The notes beneath the pieces are model-generated. The model saw only the letters and a list, made by a program, of their open reading frames with translations. It searched no databases and was not told the origin of the DNA. A stretch of DNA of 64,000 nt, from contig JBHGNT010000017.1 in assembly GCA_043228905.1 (NCBI GenBank), positions 1,612,001-1,676,000 of the forward strand, read 5' to 3'. The translations under genes and the position numbers were made by a program. Origin of the DNA: Azolla caroliniana. Its lineage: Eukaryota; Plantae; Polypodiophyta. How positions within the stretch are numbered: the first letter of the stretch is position 1; every line of letters begins with the position of its first letter. Below are positions 11,901 to 22,500 of the stretch, piece after piece.

Positions 11901-14765
11901 TTCGCCTGGTCATACGAAGACATGCGAGGGCTGGACCCTCAATTATATCAGCATCAAATCCACTTAGGCAAGGACGCGAAACCAGTGGCGCAAAGACGAT
12001 ACCGAATGAACCCCAACTACGCCGCCAAAGTGAAGGAGGAAATCGACAAACTCCTAAGAGTGGGCTTCATCCGGCCGGTAAAGAAAGCGACGTGGCTGAG
12101 CCCCATCGTCGTCGTCCCAAAGAAGAACGGTAAAATCCGTGTGTGTGTAGATTACAGGAAACTAAATGCCGCCACAATTACGGATGCATTCCCTCTTCCG
12201 TTCACGGATGGAGTACTGGATGCCGTCGCCGGCCATGAAGTTTATAGCTTTTTAGACGGGTTCAGCGGGTACAATCAAATCCGGATGCACCCGGACGACC
12301 AGGAAAAGACAGCGTTCGTCACCGAATGGGGGGTGTTTGTGGCCGAAGTCATGATGTTCGGCCTAAAAACGGCACCAGCAACGTTCCAGCGAATCATCAT
12401 GGAGATCTTCGGCGAATACATTCCTGCCTTCATGCAAGTTTTCCTGGATGATTTTGCAGTTTATAGCCGGGGAAAAGACCATTTGCAGCACCTACGGTTA
12501 TGCCTTGAAAAGTGTAGGTTATACCGGCTAAGCTTAAACCCAGCAAAATGCATCTTTGGGGTTTCAAGTGGAATATTGCTGGGACACATTGTAAGTAAGG
12601 AGGGCATTGCGGTCGACCCGGACAAAGTAAACGCCATACTAGGGGCACCGGCGCCGAAAACGGCCAAAACACTAAGCCGATTCTTAGGACAGATCCGGTG
12701 GCACAGCCGGATGCTCCGTCACTTGGCTGACTTGGCTACACCATTACACACCGCGGTACATCGGACACCGTTCCAATGGACGGATACGGAGGATAAGGCA
12801 TACAATGCCCTGAAGGTACTTTTATCGCAAGCACCCGTCGTGCAGCCTCCGGATTGGAGCAAGGAATTTCATGTGTTCGTGGACGCTTCCGACATCGCTA
12901 TTGGCAGCGCCTTAATGCAACTTACGGAGCCTAAATGGTACCGGCCGGTATATTACGCCAGCCGGAAGCTGTCCCAAGTGGAGAAGAACTATTCAACGAC
13001 GGAACGGGAGGCCCTGGGCATGATCTACAGTGTAACAAAGTTTCGTCACTACCAATTGGGAAGGAATTTCTCCTTCCATGTGGATCACTCGGCGCTCCTC
13101 TACTTAGTTTCCAAGGCGTCCCTGACCGGTAAGTTGGCCCGTTGGACCTTACTGTTGCAGGAGTTCGAATTCGAGATTTTCCACCGGCCCGGTATCCAGC
13201 ATGCCGTAGCAGACTACCTGAGCCGGTTAGAGTCCGGAGAACCAGGCGACGGAGTAGCGGATGAATTCCCGGACGCGGAGTTATTCCGTATCACCCCGGA
13301 AACGGCAGCGGACGACACGGTGGCATTAGAAGATAAATGGCTGACAAACATGCACCAGTTCCTAAGCACGGGCCTGCCACCGGAGGAAATGAACCGGGAC
13401 GAGAGGAAACGACTGGCGGTGCAGAGCCGCAATTTCTGTCTGTTACGGGACACTCTCTACCACAAAGGAGCAGATGGAATATGGAGACGGGCAGTCCGTA
13501 GTGACGAGAAAGAAGTAATCTTACGGGAAGCACACTGTGGGGTTGCCGGAGGACACTATGCCGGGGAAGCGACGGCGAGGAAAGTATGGCAGAGCGGCTT
13601 GTGGTGGCCCACGACGTTAAAAGACGCCGTCAAGTATGCTAAGGAATGTGACCTATGCCAACGAATGGGCCAGCCTACGGAGCAAGCACGGATGCCACAC
13701 CAACCGGTACTTCCACTAGAGCCATTCCAGAAGTGGGGGTTGGATTTTGTCGGACCGTTCAAGCCACCGGCAATAAGAACGGGTAATCGTTATGTCATCG
13801 TGGCAACGGATTATTGCACGAAATGGGTGGAAGCTAAGGCTCTGAGAGACAACACCGCGTCATCCACAGCAAAATTCCTGTACGAAAACATTTGGTGCCG
13901 GTATGGATGTCCGATTGAATTAATCAGCGACCAAGGAGGCCACTTCCTCGGCCAGGTAGTGGAAAGCTTAACAACGTTCTATGCCGTGGTCCATAAAAGA
14001 AGCACACCGTATTACCCACAGGCGAACGGGTTAGCAGAGTCCACCAACAAAACGCTGCAGAACATTCTCCGCAAAATTGTCAATGAAAACCGGACGGACT
14101 GGGACACAAAGCTCCATAGTGCGCTATGGGCGTACCGAACGGCATACAAAACAAGTATCCGGACAACGCCGTTCCGGCTGGCATTCGGCTTAGAAGCGGT
14201 CATGCCGGTCGAGTTTCAGGTACCAAGCTTACGGATCCAACTACGGGAACGGCTGAATGAAAAGAAGTCGGAGGAAATACGGCTAGCAGCACTATGCGAA
14301 CTGGAGGAGCAACGGCTGGCCAACATCCTCCACATGGAACTGGAGCAACGACGACGGAAAGCGTTCGTTGACCGTCACCGGAAAGGTAACGAAAAGATGT
14401 TCGAAATCGGAAAGCCGGTGCTAGTATTCCAAACGAGGATGGGCAAGATGCCGGGTAAACTCCGGTTCAGATGGACAGGCCCGTATTGGCTGACAAGGGA
14501 ATACAACGGGTCCTATCAGATAGGGACACTTGCCGGTGAAGTACTAGGCAAGTGGGTGAACGGATTTCGACTAAAGCCCTATAAAGGACAGATGCCAAAG
14601 AACCCGTTTATGCAGCAAACCGGCACTATACCGGGAACCGGTCCGGGATCGGTACGGATCGATCCGGAAGAAAAAGACGACGGGGAACCCGTAGCAGAGA
14701 CGGAAGAAGACACGGCAACCCGTAAGGAAAACGGTCAGGGTCCGAAGGGACCTACAGATGTGTAA
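8913..14765 (+). CDS. gag-pol: Element F gag-pol polyprotein, one frame with two in-frame TGA stops (8946-8948, 10218-10220)
   Basis: Capsid region, three CCHC knuckles, protease IDGGSG, RT (DGFSGYNQI, FLDD), RNase H (VDAS), integrase (HHCC, WGLDFVGP, GPY). ATG 8913, ORF 9213-10220 and ORF 10290-14765 share one frame. Confidence 0.92.
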
Positions 14766-14787
14766 GGTCACACACCGTCATTAAAGG

Positions 14788-14820
<33 letters not shown>
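14788..14820 (+). repeat. A33 homopolymer between pol and the extra ORF
   Basis: Direct count of the A run. Confidence 0.95.
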
Positions 14821-14821
<1 letters not shown>

Positions 14822-14846
14822 ATTAAAAATCGAGGTATGAACGGGT

Positions 14847-17798
14847 GTGAAAGCAAGGCGCGAAAAGGTACGTAGTGGGCATTTAAGAGACGCCACGCTA
14901 CTTAATACTAAATTGGTACACGACGTGTGCATGCTCGAAAAAGGCGCCAAAACGCACAAAGAAGAAGCAGAACGCATGGAGACCTTTTCATTTCGCGAGC
15001 CAAGAAGCACAGAAGCACCAAGACAGTGGAAGCTGAGCAAACGCGAACCTGCACGCAGAGAACCCCCGCGCTCAGAACGCTCTCTCTCTCGCTCTCACTC
15101 GCATCACCACTCTACCTCGCCATCTTCCCTCGACCTTGAAGCAGACATGGAACCACAAACGCTGTCGGAAGCGGCCAGGAAATGGTTCAGGCAAAACAGA
15201 CTGGAGGGGTTCTTGGCCATCATGGAGGCACCGCCGCACAGAGAAGCCGACCGGGTCATCAAGGAGCTCGCCACAGAGGTCATCACCGAGGAAGCGATCC
15301 GCGCGCTAACAGGCCTTCCGGAGGGAGGAATCTTTCAGATCGATAACCCAAACTCGGAGCAACTCACCCGATATTTCGGTGAGTACTCTGTTGCCGGCAA
15401 AGGCTATCGGACGCAGGGCGGCGAAGATCCGCTATTCAGGGAGATAGCTCGAGTGCTCCATGAGTACGGTCACGTGTACCCCCGACCCCCTGTCATGCCA
15501 AAAAATCGGGCAGGGATGATCATAGCCACCTATGAAGGGATTAAGGTGGACTGGCCGGTGTTGATTGCAGACGGGTTGTGCATGGCAATCGACATGATAC
15601 GAGGGAAGGACGGCAAGGAGGGCCGGAAGCTGTGGCACGCCGTAGCTCAATGGATAACATTGCTCGTGCCGCCGGTCGAGACCGTCCAGCCAAAGAAGCG
15701 GCCAAGAGTATCGGAAGGAAGCACCTCGAAGCCGGCGTCCAAACGACAGCAGCTGCTGGCGTCAAAGGCGACGAGAGGGAAGAAACGGGTCCAAGAACCG
15801 GAGGAGGTGTCACCAGTCCCACCCGTCAAGATAACCATACGGAGACCGGGACAGAAGGAACCGGAACCCTTGACGGCACAGAAACATGCCGTGACACAGG
15901 AAGAGGAAACGGAGGAGCCAGAAGAGCACCTCCAACGACGGTCAAGAAGTAGGACCGCCGAGACAGGAGGGGAGCGGTCGTACCCGCGAGAGGCAGAAAC
16001 GCCCCCAACTCAACCTGAGCAAACCACAAGGGAAGAACCGGAACCGGTGCGTAGGGAACCGGTCTTGTCGACTTCTATAGAAGAAGTCAGTCCAACGGCT
16101 CCGGAGACGGCGAGAACCGGAACTCAACAGCCGGCGAGCCCAGCCAGAGCACACGGCGGCCAAGGAGTAGAACCAGAACGGCATATGCAGGCAATCAGGC
16201 CAGACAATTCCACAGTGAATGAGCCGACCCGACCAGTACAGCAACAAGGCACCAGTAGCATGTGGCTACGGTGGGTAGGCGAGCAAATCGCCGGAGCGGT
16301 CGAGTATATAGAGGCGGAAGAGAGAGCGCACCAGGAACGGTTGCTCGTCACAACCGTAGATCTAGAGACGGCCCGGTCCAGAATCCGGAGCCTTGAACAA
16401 GACTTGGACAGGGTCACAAGGGAAACACAAGTCCAAGCACCGGTGACTCCGGGCAATGTACAGAATAAAGTGTCAAATCAACCTGTACATAGCAATCAGA
16501 CCCCGGCAACGGAAACCGTTCCGGAGAGAAATGCGGCACAAGCCCAAGAGCTTGCGGATTTAAAGGATGAGCTAGCTGCCCAAGAAGCGCTGAGGAGCCG
16601 CGAAAGAGAATTGAAGACGGCAGCGGAGGCAGAACTCAAAAAGACTGCTGAGAATCTACGCCGCGCCGAGGAGAGCTTACGGAAAGGCCACCAAGCATAC
16701 GACCGGCTCAAGGAGGAAAAGGAGAAAATGCTGCAAGAGAAGGACAAGCTCCGGAGGAACGCCGAAACAGAAGTAGAGCGCCTGAAAGAGGAACTACGGC
16801 AGGTAAAGGACCGGGAGGACCGGAACCATCGCCAAATCAACGGCAAGCTCAAACAAAAAACGGAGGAATTTGAGCAATTGCACCGGGAGTATAAACGGTT
16901 GCAAACGGAGCACAAGGAACGGACGGATGAGCTCCGGCAAGCCGTTGATCGGACCGCAACCGCATTCGCCAAGGAACAAGCGGAAAACAGAAGACGGTTG
17001 GAAGAGGAGGAGAAGGTTCGGACAGAGCTCCTCAGGCAACAGCAGGCGGAAAAAGAAAGAGCGGCGGAGGTACTGCAGAGGCTGCAAACGACATATCAAG
17101 GGCAGCTGACGCGCTACAGAGAGCAGGCGGAGGATACGGCAAATCTCATCAAGCAGTTGAAGGAGGAGCGACAAGTGGTGGAAAGCAGAGCTCAAATGGG
17201 AGCAAGTCGCATCCAAGATATAATGCGGGCCTGGTTGAACCAGACCAAGAGCTTGATTGACAACGGTTCCGTCAAATGGTGGACCAAGTGGGCCACGAAC
17301 GCGGCGGAACTCCAATTGCTCCGGGCTGACGTAGCGAACCGGCGGAAGGAGGGAGATGATTGCTATATGCTGAATTCTGAAGACTTCACCGGCATAAGAG
17401 ATGAGCTGGCCGAAGACTTTCAAGCCTTGGCGGAGGACCAACTAGAGCAAGTCCGGCAACTTGTAGCTCAGCTGGATGACGACAGGCTGGAGGCGCAGAT
17501 CCAGTTTGAAAGCTACGAGAGGTCCCGGATCCGGGGAGAGAAAGAACGAGAACCAGTTACGGTTAACCTCAGTGATGAGGAACCGTTACTGGAAGGAGAC
17601 CGTACCGGAAGCAGTCAAACGGAGATGCCGGAGCCAGAAAAACAAACGGAGCAGCAGCAGCAAGCAGAGCAGCCGGAGCAGCCTCAGTCCCAACCGCAAC
17701 CACAGCAGCAGCAGCAAGCACAGCCGCAACAACCACAACCGGAAGAACAAGTGGAAATTCTTGAACAAAGTAATTTGAACAATTTGGGTGAACAATGA
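14847..17798 (+). CDS. Element F extra 3' ORF (up to 983 aa; likely ATG at 15147): globular N-terminal domain, basic NLS-like linker, long coiled coil, Q-rich tail
   Basis: Uninterrupted ORF lying inside the LTR pair; E/K/R/Q heptad-like region ~aa 490-900; KKRPR motif; no evident transmembrane segment. Confidence 0.9.
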   Translation: MKARREKVRSGHLRDATLLNTKLVHDVCMLEKGAKTHKEEAERMETFSFREPRSTEAPRQWKLSKREPARREPPRSERSLSRSHSHHHSTSPSSLDLEADMEPQTLSEAARKWFRQNRLEGFLAIMEAPPHREADRVIKELATEVITEEAIRALTGLPEGGIFQIDNPNSEQLTRYFGEYSVAGKGYRTQGGEDPLFREIARVLHEYGHVYPRPPVMPKNRAGMIIATYEGIKVDWPVLIADGLCMAIDMIRGKDGKEGRKLWHAVAQWITLLVPPVETVQPKKRPRVSEGSTSKPASKRQQLLASKATRGKKRVQEPEEVSPVPPVKITIRRPGQKEPEPLTAQKHAVTQEEETEEPEEHLQRRSRSRTAETGGERSYPREAETPPTQPEQTTREEPEPVRREPVLSTSIEEVSPTAPETARTGTQQPASPARAHGGQGVEPERHMQAIRPDNSTVNEPTRPVQQQGTSSMWLRWVGEQIAGAVEYIEAEERAHQERLLVTTVDLETARSRIRSLEQDLDRVTRETQVQAPVTPGNVQNKVSNQPVHSNQTPATETVPERNAAQAQELADLKDELAAQEALRSRERELKTAAEAELKKTAENLRRAEESLRKGHQAYDRLKEEKEKMLQEKDKLRRNAETEVERLKEELRQVKDREDRNHRQINGKLKQKTEEFEQLHREYKRLQTEHKERTDELRQAVDRTATAFAKEQAENRRRLEEEEKVRTELLRQQQAEKERAAEVLQRLQTTYQGQLTRYREQAEDTANLIKQLKEERQVVESRAQMGASRIQDIMRAWLNQTKSLIDNGSVKWWTKWATNAAELQLLRADVANRRKEGDDCYMLNSEDFTGIRDELAEDFQALAEDQLEQVRQLVAQLDDDRLEAQIQFESYERSRIRGEKEREPVTVNLSDEEPLLEGDRTGSSQTEMPEPEKQTEQQQQAEQPEQPQSQPQPQQQQQAQPQQPQPEEQVEILEQSNLNNLGEQ

Positions 17799-18270
17799 AG
17801 GGGCCGAGAAGGGTTTGACGTACAAGGTACTGTCCCACGGGCGTGCCATGTGTTACCGGCCGGCAAGGAGTCCAAAATACGGAGTGAAGGGATTAATTAG
17901 ATATGGTTGTAAATGAGCATAGTGTGGACGGACGGACTGGAAACGGTATGCCGTTCTAGTTCCGGACGGATCCCGAATAGGTGCGAGAGGCACCGTTTTG
18001 TACTACGGGCCGGAAACCTATTTAAAGGCCCGGACCCCATTGTAATGACAGCGGATAATTAATAGAGATTATGATGTTTATACTTCTGTCTTGATTTCCG
18101 TTCTGTAATCACTGTTATATCTTACGCGTGTAATTAACCAAAGCAATCTAATCGTGTAACCTACGTAAGTCGGTGTAATCGTTGAATCTTAATCCTATGC
18201 CGTAATCACCCTTTGGTGAAGTGTCTCCGTGACACCTTGTGTTAGGCCTTGTCCGGCATAACCTATAACA

Positions 18271-19519
18271 TCCGAATCGGTATCCTCCGATTCGATTTTC
18301 GGCTTCAGGCCTCTCACCACATCAGACCATGTCCGAATCTTGGCCTTCTCCGTGCTTCCCTTGGCTTCTTCAGCCGGTTCACCGAAGTCGAATTCTTCAT
18401 TCGACTCCGCATCATGGCCATTACGATCGTGATGACCTCCGCATAGCATGCACTTCTCTTCCTGAGTGTACACTTCTTCTTCACAGCCGCTCACTCCGAC
18501 CTGTTCGGATGTGCCGACTTCCTTCGTCGACTCGGCTTCATTTTTCTTCTTGTCTCCACCTCTACCGGTTCTTCTCTTACCTACGGGTTCAACCGTTTTT
18601 TTGCCTTTGCCCGTTTCGGTAGTGTCTTTGCCCTTGCATCTCCCCCTCAAGTGCGGCACGTCGAGATGCTGAACACCAAGCATTTCGGTAAAGTGTTGCA
18701 ACTTGTCCGACGCGAGCGGCTTGGTGAAGATGTCAGCAACTTACCGATCCGTGTGAACATACCGTAGTTCAACTTCACCGCTCAGGACCCGCTCACGCAC
18801 GAAGTGATAATGCACTTCTATGTGCTTTGTGCGAGCATGGAACACAGGGTTCTTGGCGAGCTGCATGCTGCTGAGGTTATCGCAGTAGATCAGGATCGGG
18901 TTCGGTACCTTGATCTACAGGTCTTGCAGTAGTCGCCGAAGCCAAATGGCTTCGCAAGTGGCAACGATCGCGCCCCGGTATTCAGCCTCAGTGCTGGATA
19001 GAACCATTGTTGGCTGCTTTTTGCTGCTCCACGCAACAGCCGCGCTCCCAAGAGAAAACATAAAGCCGGAAGTTGAGCGACGATCCGTTGCATCGCCAGC
19101 CTAGTCGGCATCCGTGTAGCCAACAAGCTCTTTGGTTATACCTTGTCGGTATAAGAGCCCCCGGTCCTTAGTGCCGCTTACATACCTAAATATTCATTGC
19201 GTGCATAGAAGGTGCTCCACGGTCGGCTTCTGCATGTATTGGCTTACCACTCTGACCGGATAGCTAATGTCGGGTAGGGTGATGGTCAAGTAGATCAGGC
19301 TTCCGACTATTTCTCGAAACCTTTTCTCATCGCAGGCTGGTCCGGAGTAGGGACAGATCTTCTGATTCCAGTCCAGGGGTGTGGAGACAGGTCGGCATTC
19401 TGTCATGCCAAACTTGTACAGTATATTCAACATATAATGGCGTTGAGAAAGCAATATGCCGTCGGGGGTGCGGATCACCTTGATCCCCAAAAAATAATGA
19501 AGGTCCCCCAAGTCCTTCA
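18271..19519 (-). pseudogene. Element D RT C-terminus, RNase H and C-terminal extension
   Basis: MKDLGDLHYFLG, IVGSLIYLT, YTDAD, HARTKHIEVHYHF motifs; stops and frameshifts. Confidence 0.9.
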
Positions 19520-22500
19520 TGTTGGGATTTCGGTCCCTTTCGGATGGGATGGTCGGATATCGGAGATGAATGCCGACAAGCCCGGTTTCGGTTTCGGATC
19601 CGGATGACGAAGACCCCGGTTTCGGTGCCGGATGACAAATGTACCCGGAGAGCGATCCGGATGCAGGGACATATCCGTGAATATGTTCGCTATGGGCCCC
19701 TGAGGCTATAGTTGTAAATAGCCCAAAGTCATATAAGTATAAATATGACTTAGGGCAAACAGTTTTTTAGTTGCTTCTCATTTTTCTGTTTTTCCACTCA
19801 AGAGGAGTGAAGTGTAAGCAACCGTGAGAGAGAGAGAGAGAGATAGAGCGCGAGAGAGGAAGAGGACGACGCCTCTGTGTATTTCCGCCGCCTGTGGCGA
19901 GGACAGCGAGCTCAAGGTCGTCGCCTTGGAGCTCGTCATTGTATACTTCTTTTGTATAGTGTTGTTTGGAGTCTTGTACTCCCGTGGTTTTTCCCATCTA
20001 GGGTTTTCCACGTTAATCCCTGTGTACTCGCGTTTTGTTTCTCTCTTTGGTTCCTATTTTCTGCTGCATTGATCCGCGATTACTCGCTTGGGGTCAAGTG
20101 AAGAAGGTGAATAGAAGGGTCTATTCCTTACAAACTGGTATCAGAGCGACTGTTGCAGAAAATGGAAGGCGGCGGCAGCGGGCAGCCGGGGATGATGGTG
20201 CTGAATGCGCAGAATTACGCCGACTGGAAGATCAAGATGGAGGATCTTCTGATTGTTCGGGACCTGTACGAACCGATTGACAGGTCGGAAATACCGAAGG
20301 GGGTACTTGAGTCGGAGTGGAAGCTCCTGAACCGAAAAGCCGTAGCGACGATCCGACAATATGTCGATGTAAGCGTCCTACAACATGTGGCGAACGACAC
20401 CAATGCATATGAGATGTGGAAGAAGCTGTCGGGCCTCTACGAGAGGAAGAATGCGTTGAACCGGACCTCCCTGATGAGGAAGATAGTGAATCTCAAGTAC
20501 CGGGACGGCGAGAGTATGGTGGAACACGTAAGCACGTTCATGGGATTCGTGAATCAGCTTGCGGCGATCAAGTTCCCGTTGGAGGATGCAATGCAAGCCA
20601 TCATCCTGATGTGTACATTGCCGGAAAGCTGGGAGAACTTGGTGGTGACTCTCAGCACCTCCTGCACAGAAGATAACTTGTCCTTGCAAACGGTAAAGAC
20701 AAGTATTTTGAACGAAGAAGCGCGTCGGAGAGATAAAGAACCGGCCTCCGACCCGAAGGCGCTGCTTACCGAATCGGATCGGGGAAGACAATGGAACCGG
20801 AGTCCGCAAAGACGGGAGAAGTCGGGGACCCGGTCGCAGTCAAGAGGAAGGCCCACATGCTTCCACTGTGGGAAGCCGGGGCACTTCCGAAAGAATTGTC
20901 GGCATTACCGAAAAGACAACGGAGCCGACGACACCGATTCGAAGAAGTCACCGGAGAGAAACGGTGCATACCGGGGAGCCACGGACCGGAGAGGTTCGGA
21001 TCGGCGAGGGCAGGACCGGAAAGGAACGACGGCACTCGCGGCAAGTGAAGAGGAGATCATGCTCATCACCGAAGAAGGTGAACTAAACATTGCCGGCGAT
21101 GAGACGACCTGGGTGGTCGATTCCGGAGCATCGTTCCACCTGACCCCGGAGAGAAGATACTTCTCATCCTACACAGTCGGCGAGCATGGCTGTGTTCGGA
21201 TGGGAAACGAAGGTACGTGCCGGATTGCCGGCATAGGAGACGTGTGGTTGACAACCCCGACCGGATGCAAAATGCTGCTGAAGGATGTCCGACACGTTCC
21301 GGAGGTTCGATTGAACCTGATTTCGGCCGGAAGGCTAGACGATGAAGGCTACACAGGTAGCATCCGGAACGGCGTAATGAAGTTCAGCAAGGGGAGCCTG
21401 ATAGTGGCTCGGGCCCGGAAGATCAACACACTGTACCTGATGAATGCCCGGTTATGTCCGGAAGAGTTGAATGTGGCAGCCGACACTGCCGGTGAGCTGT
21501 GGCACAAAAGACTGTGCCACATGAGTGTGAAGGGGATGAAGAGGCTTGCAGAAGACAACCTTATCCCAGTGAAGCATGTGCACCTGGAGAAGTGCACCGA
21601 TTGCCTGGCCGGTAAACAGAACCGAACCTCCTTCCACTCAAGGCCACCGACGAGACGTAGCGCACCATTGGAGTTGGTGCACACTGATGTGTGTCAGGTA
21701 GAAACGAAGTCACATGGCGGATCCCAGTACTTCGTAACATTCATCGATGATCATAGCCGAAAACTGTGGACGGCACCGTTGAAGACAAAGGACCAAGTGT
21801 TGTGCGTCTTCAAGGAACTCCACGCGAGAGTGGAAAGGGAATCCGGCAAGAAGCTGAAAGCGATACGAGCGGATAATGGAGGGGAATACCGGGGGCAGTT
21901 CCAAGAGTACTGTCGCTCGAAGGGAATCCGACTCGAGTTTACTGTGCCGAAGACGCCGGAACTGAACGGGCTGGCCGAGAGGATGAACCGGACCATAATG
22001 GAGAGGGTCCGGAGTATGCTGGCGCATGCGAAATTACCCAAGGGGTTTTGGGCTGAGGCAATGTCGACGGCGACATACGTGATAAACCGATCACCCTCAG
22101 TACCTTTGGGCGGAGACACGCCGCAGAGAGTGTGGACCGATAGGGAAGTATCCTACCGGCATCTGAAGGTGTTCGGGTGTCTCGCATACGTGCACGTGGC
22201 GAAGGACCGGAGAGGAAAGCTAGATCCAAAGACCCGGCCATGCATATTCCTCGGATACGGCGACGACGAGTTCGGCTACCGAGTATGGGACCCGGTCGAC
22301 AAGAAGATATTCAGGAGTCGAGATATCGTCTTTATGGAGGACAAGACACTCGCCGACTGGGAGTCGGAGAAGAAGATGAAGAGCTCCAAGTCGACCGGTG
22401 AGAATAAACTCTACGAGGAGCAGTCCCGACCGGCAAGGGACCGGTTAGCACTCGAGGATCCGGCCGAAAAAGGTGAAGAAACCGAACCGGCCGAAGAAGA

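Larger units (their letters stand above)
8442..18270 (+). mobile_element. Element F: young Ty3/gypsy (non-chromovirus, Athila/Tat-like) with a 3' extra ORF
   Basis: 420-bp LTRs 8442-8861 and 17851-18270 with 1 mismatch; TSD TCCGA (8437-8441 / 18271-18275); PBS TGGCGACCAC (8868-8877) matching a plant tRNA-Arg 3' end. Confidence 0.97.

Noticed and set aside
14763-14850. Readthrough fusion of pol with the extra ORF (same frame)
   Set aside because: Two stops (TAA 14763-14765 and TGA 14838-14840) intervene.
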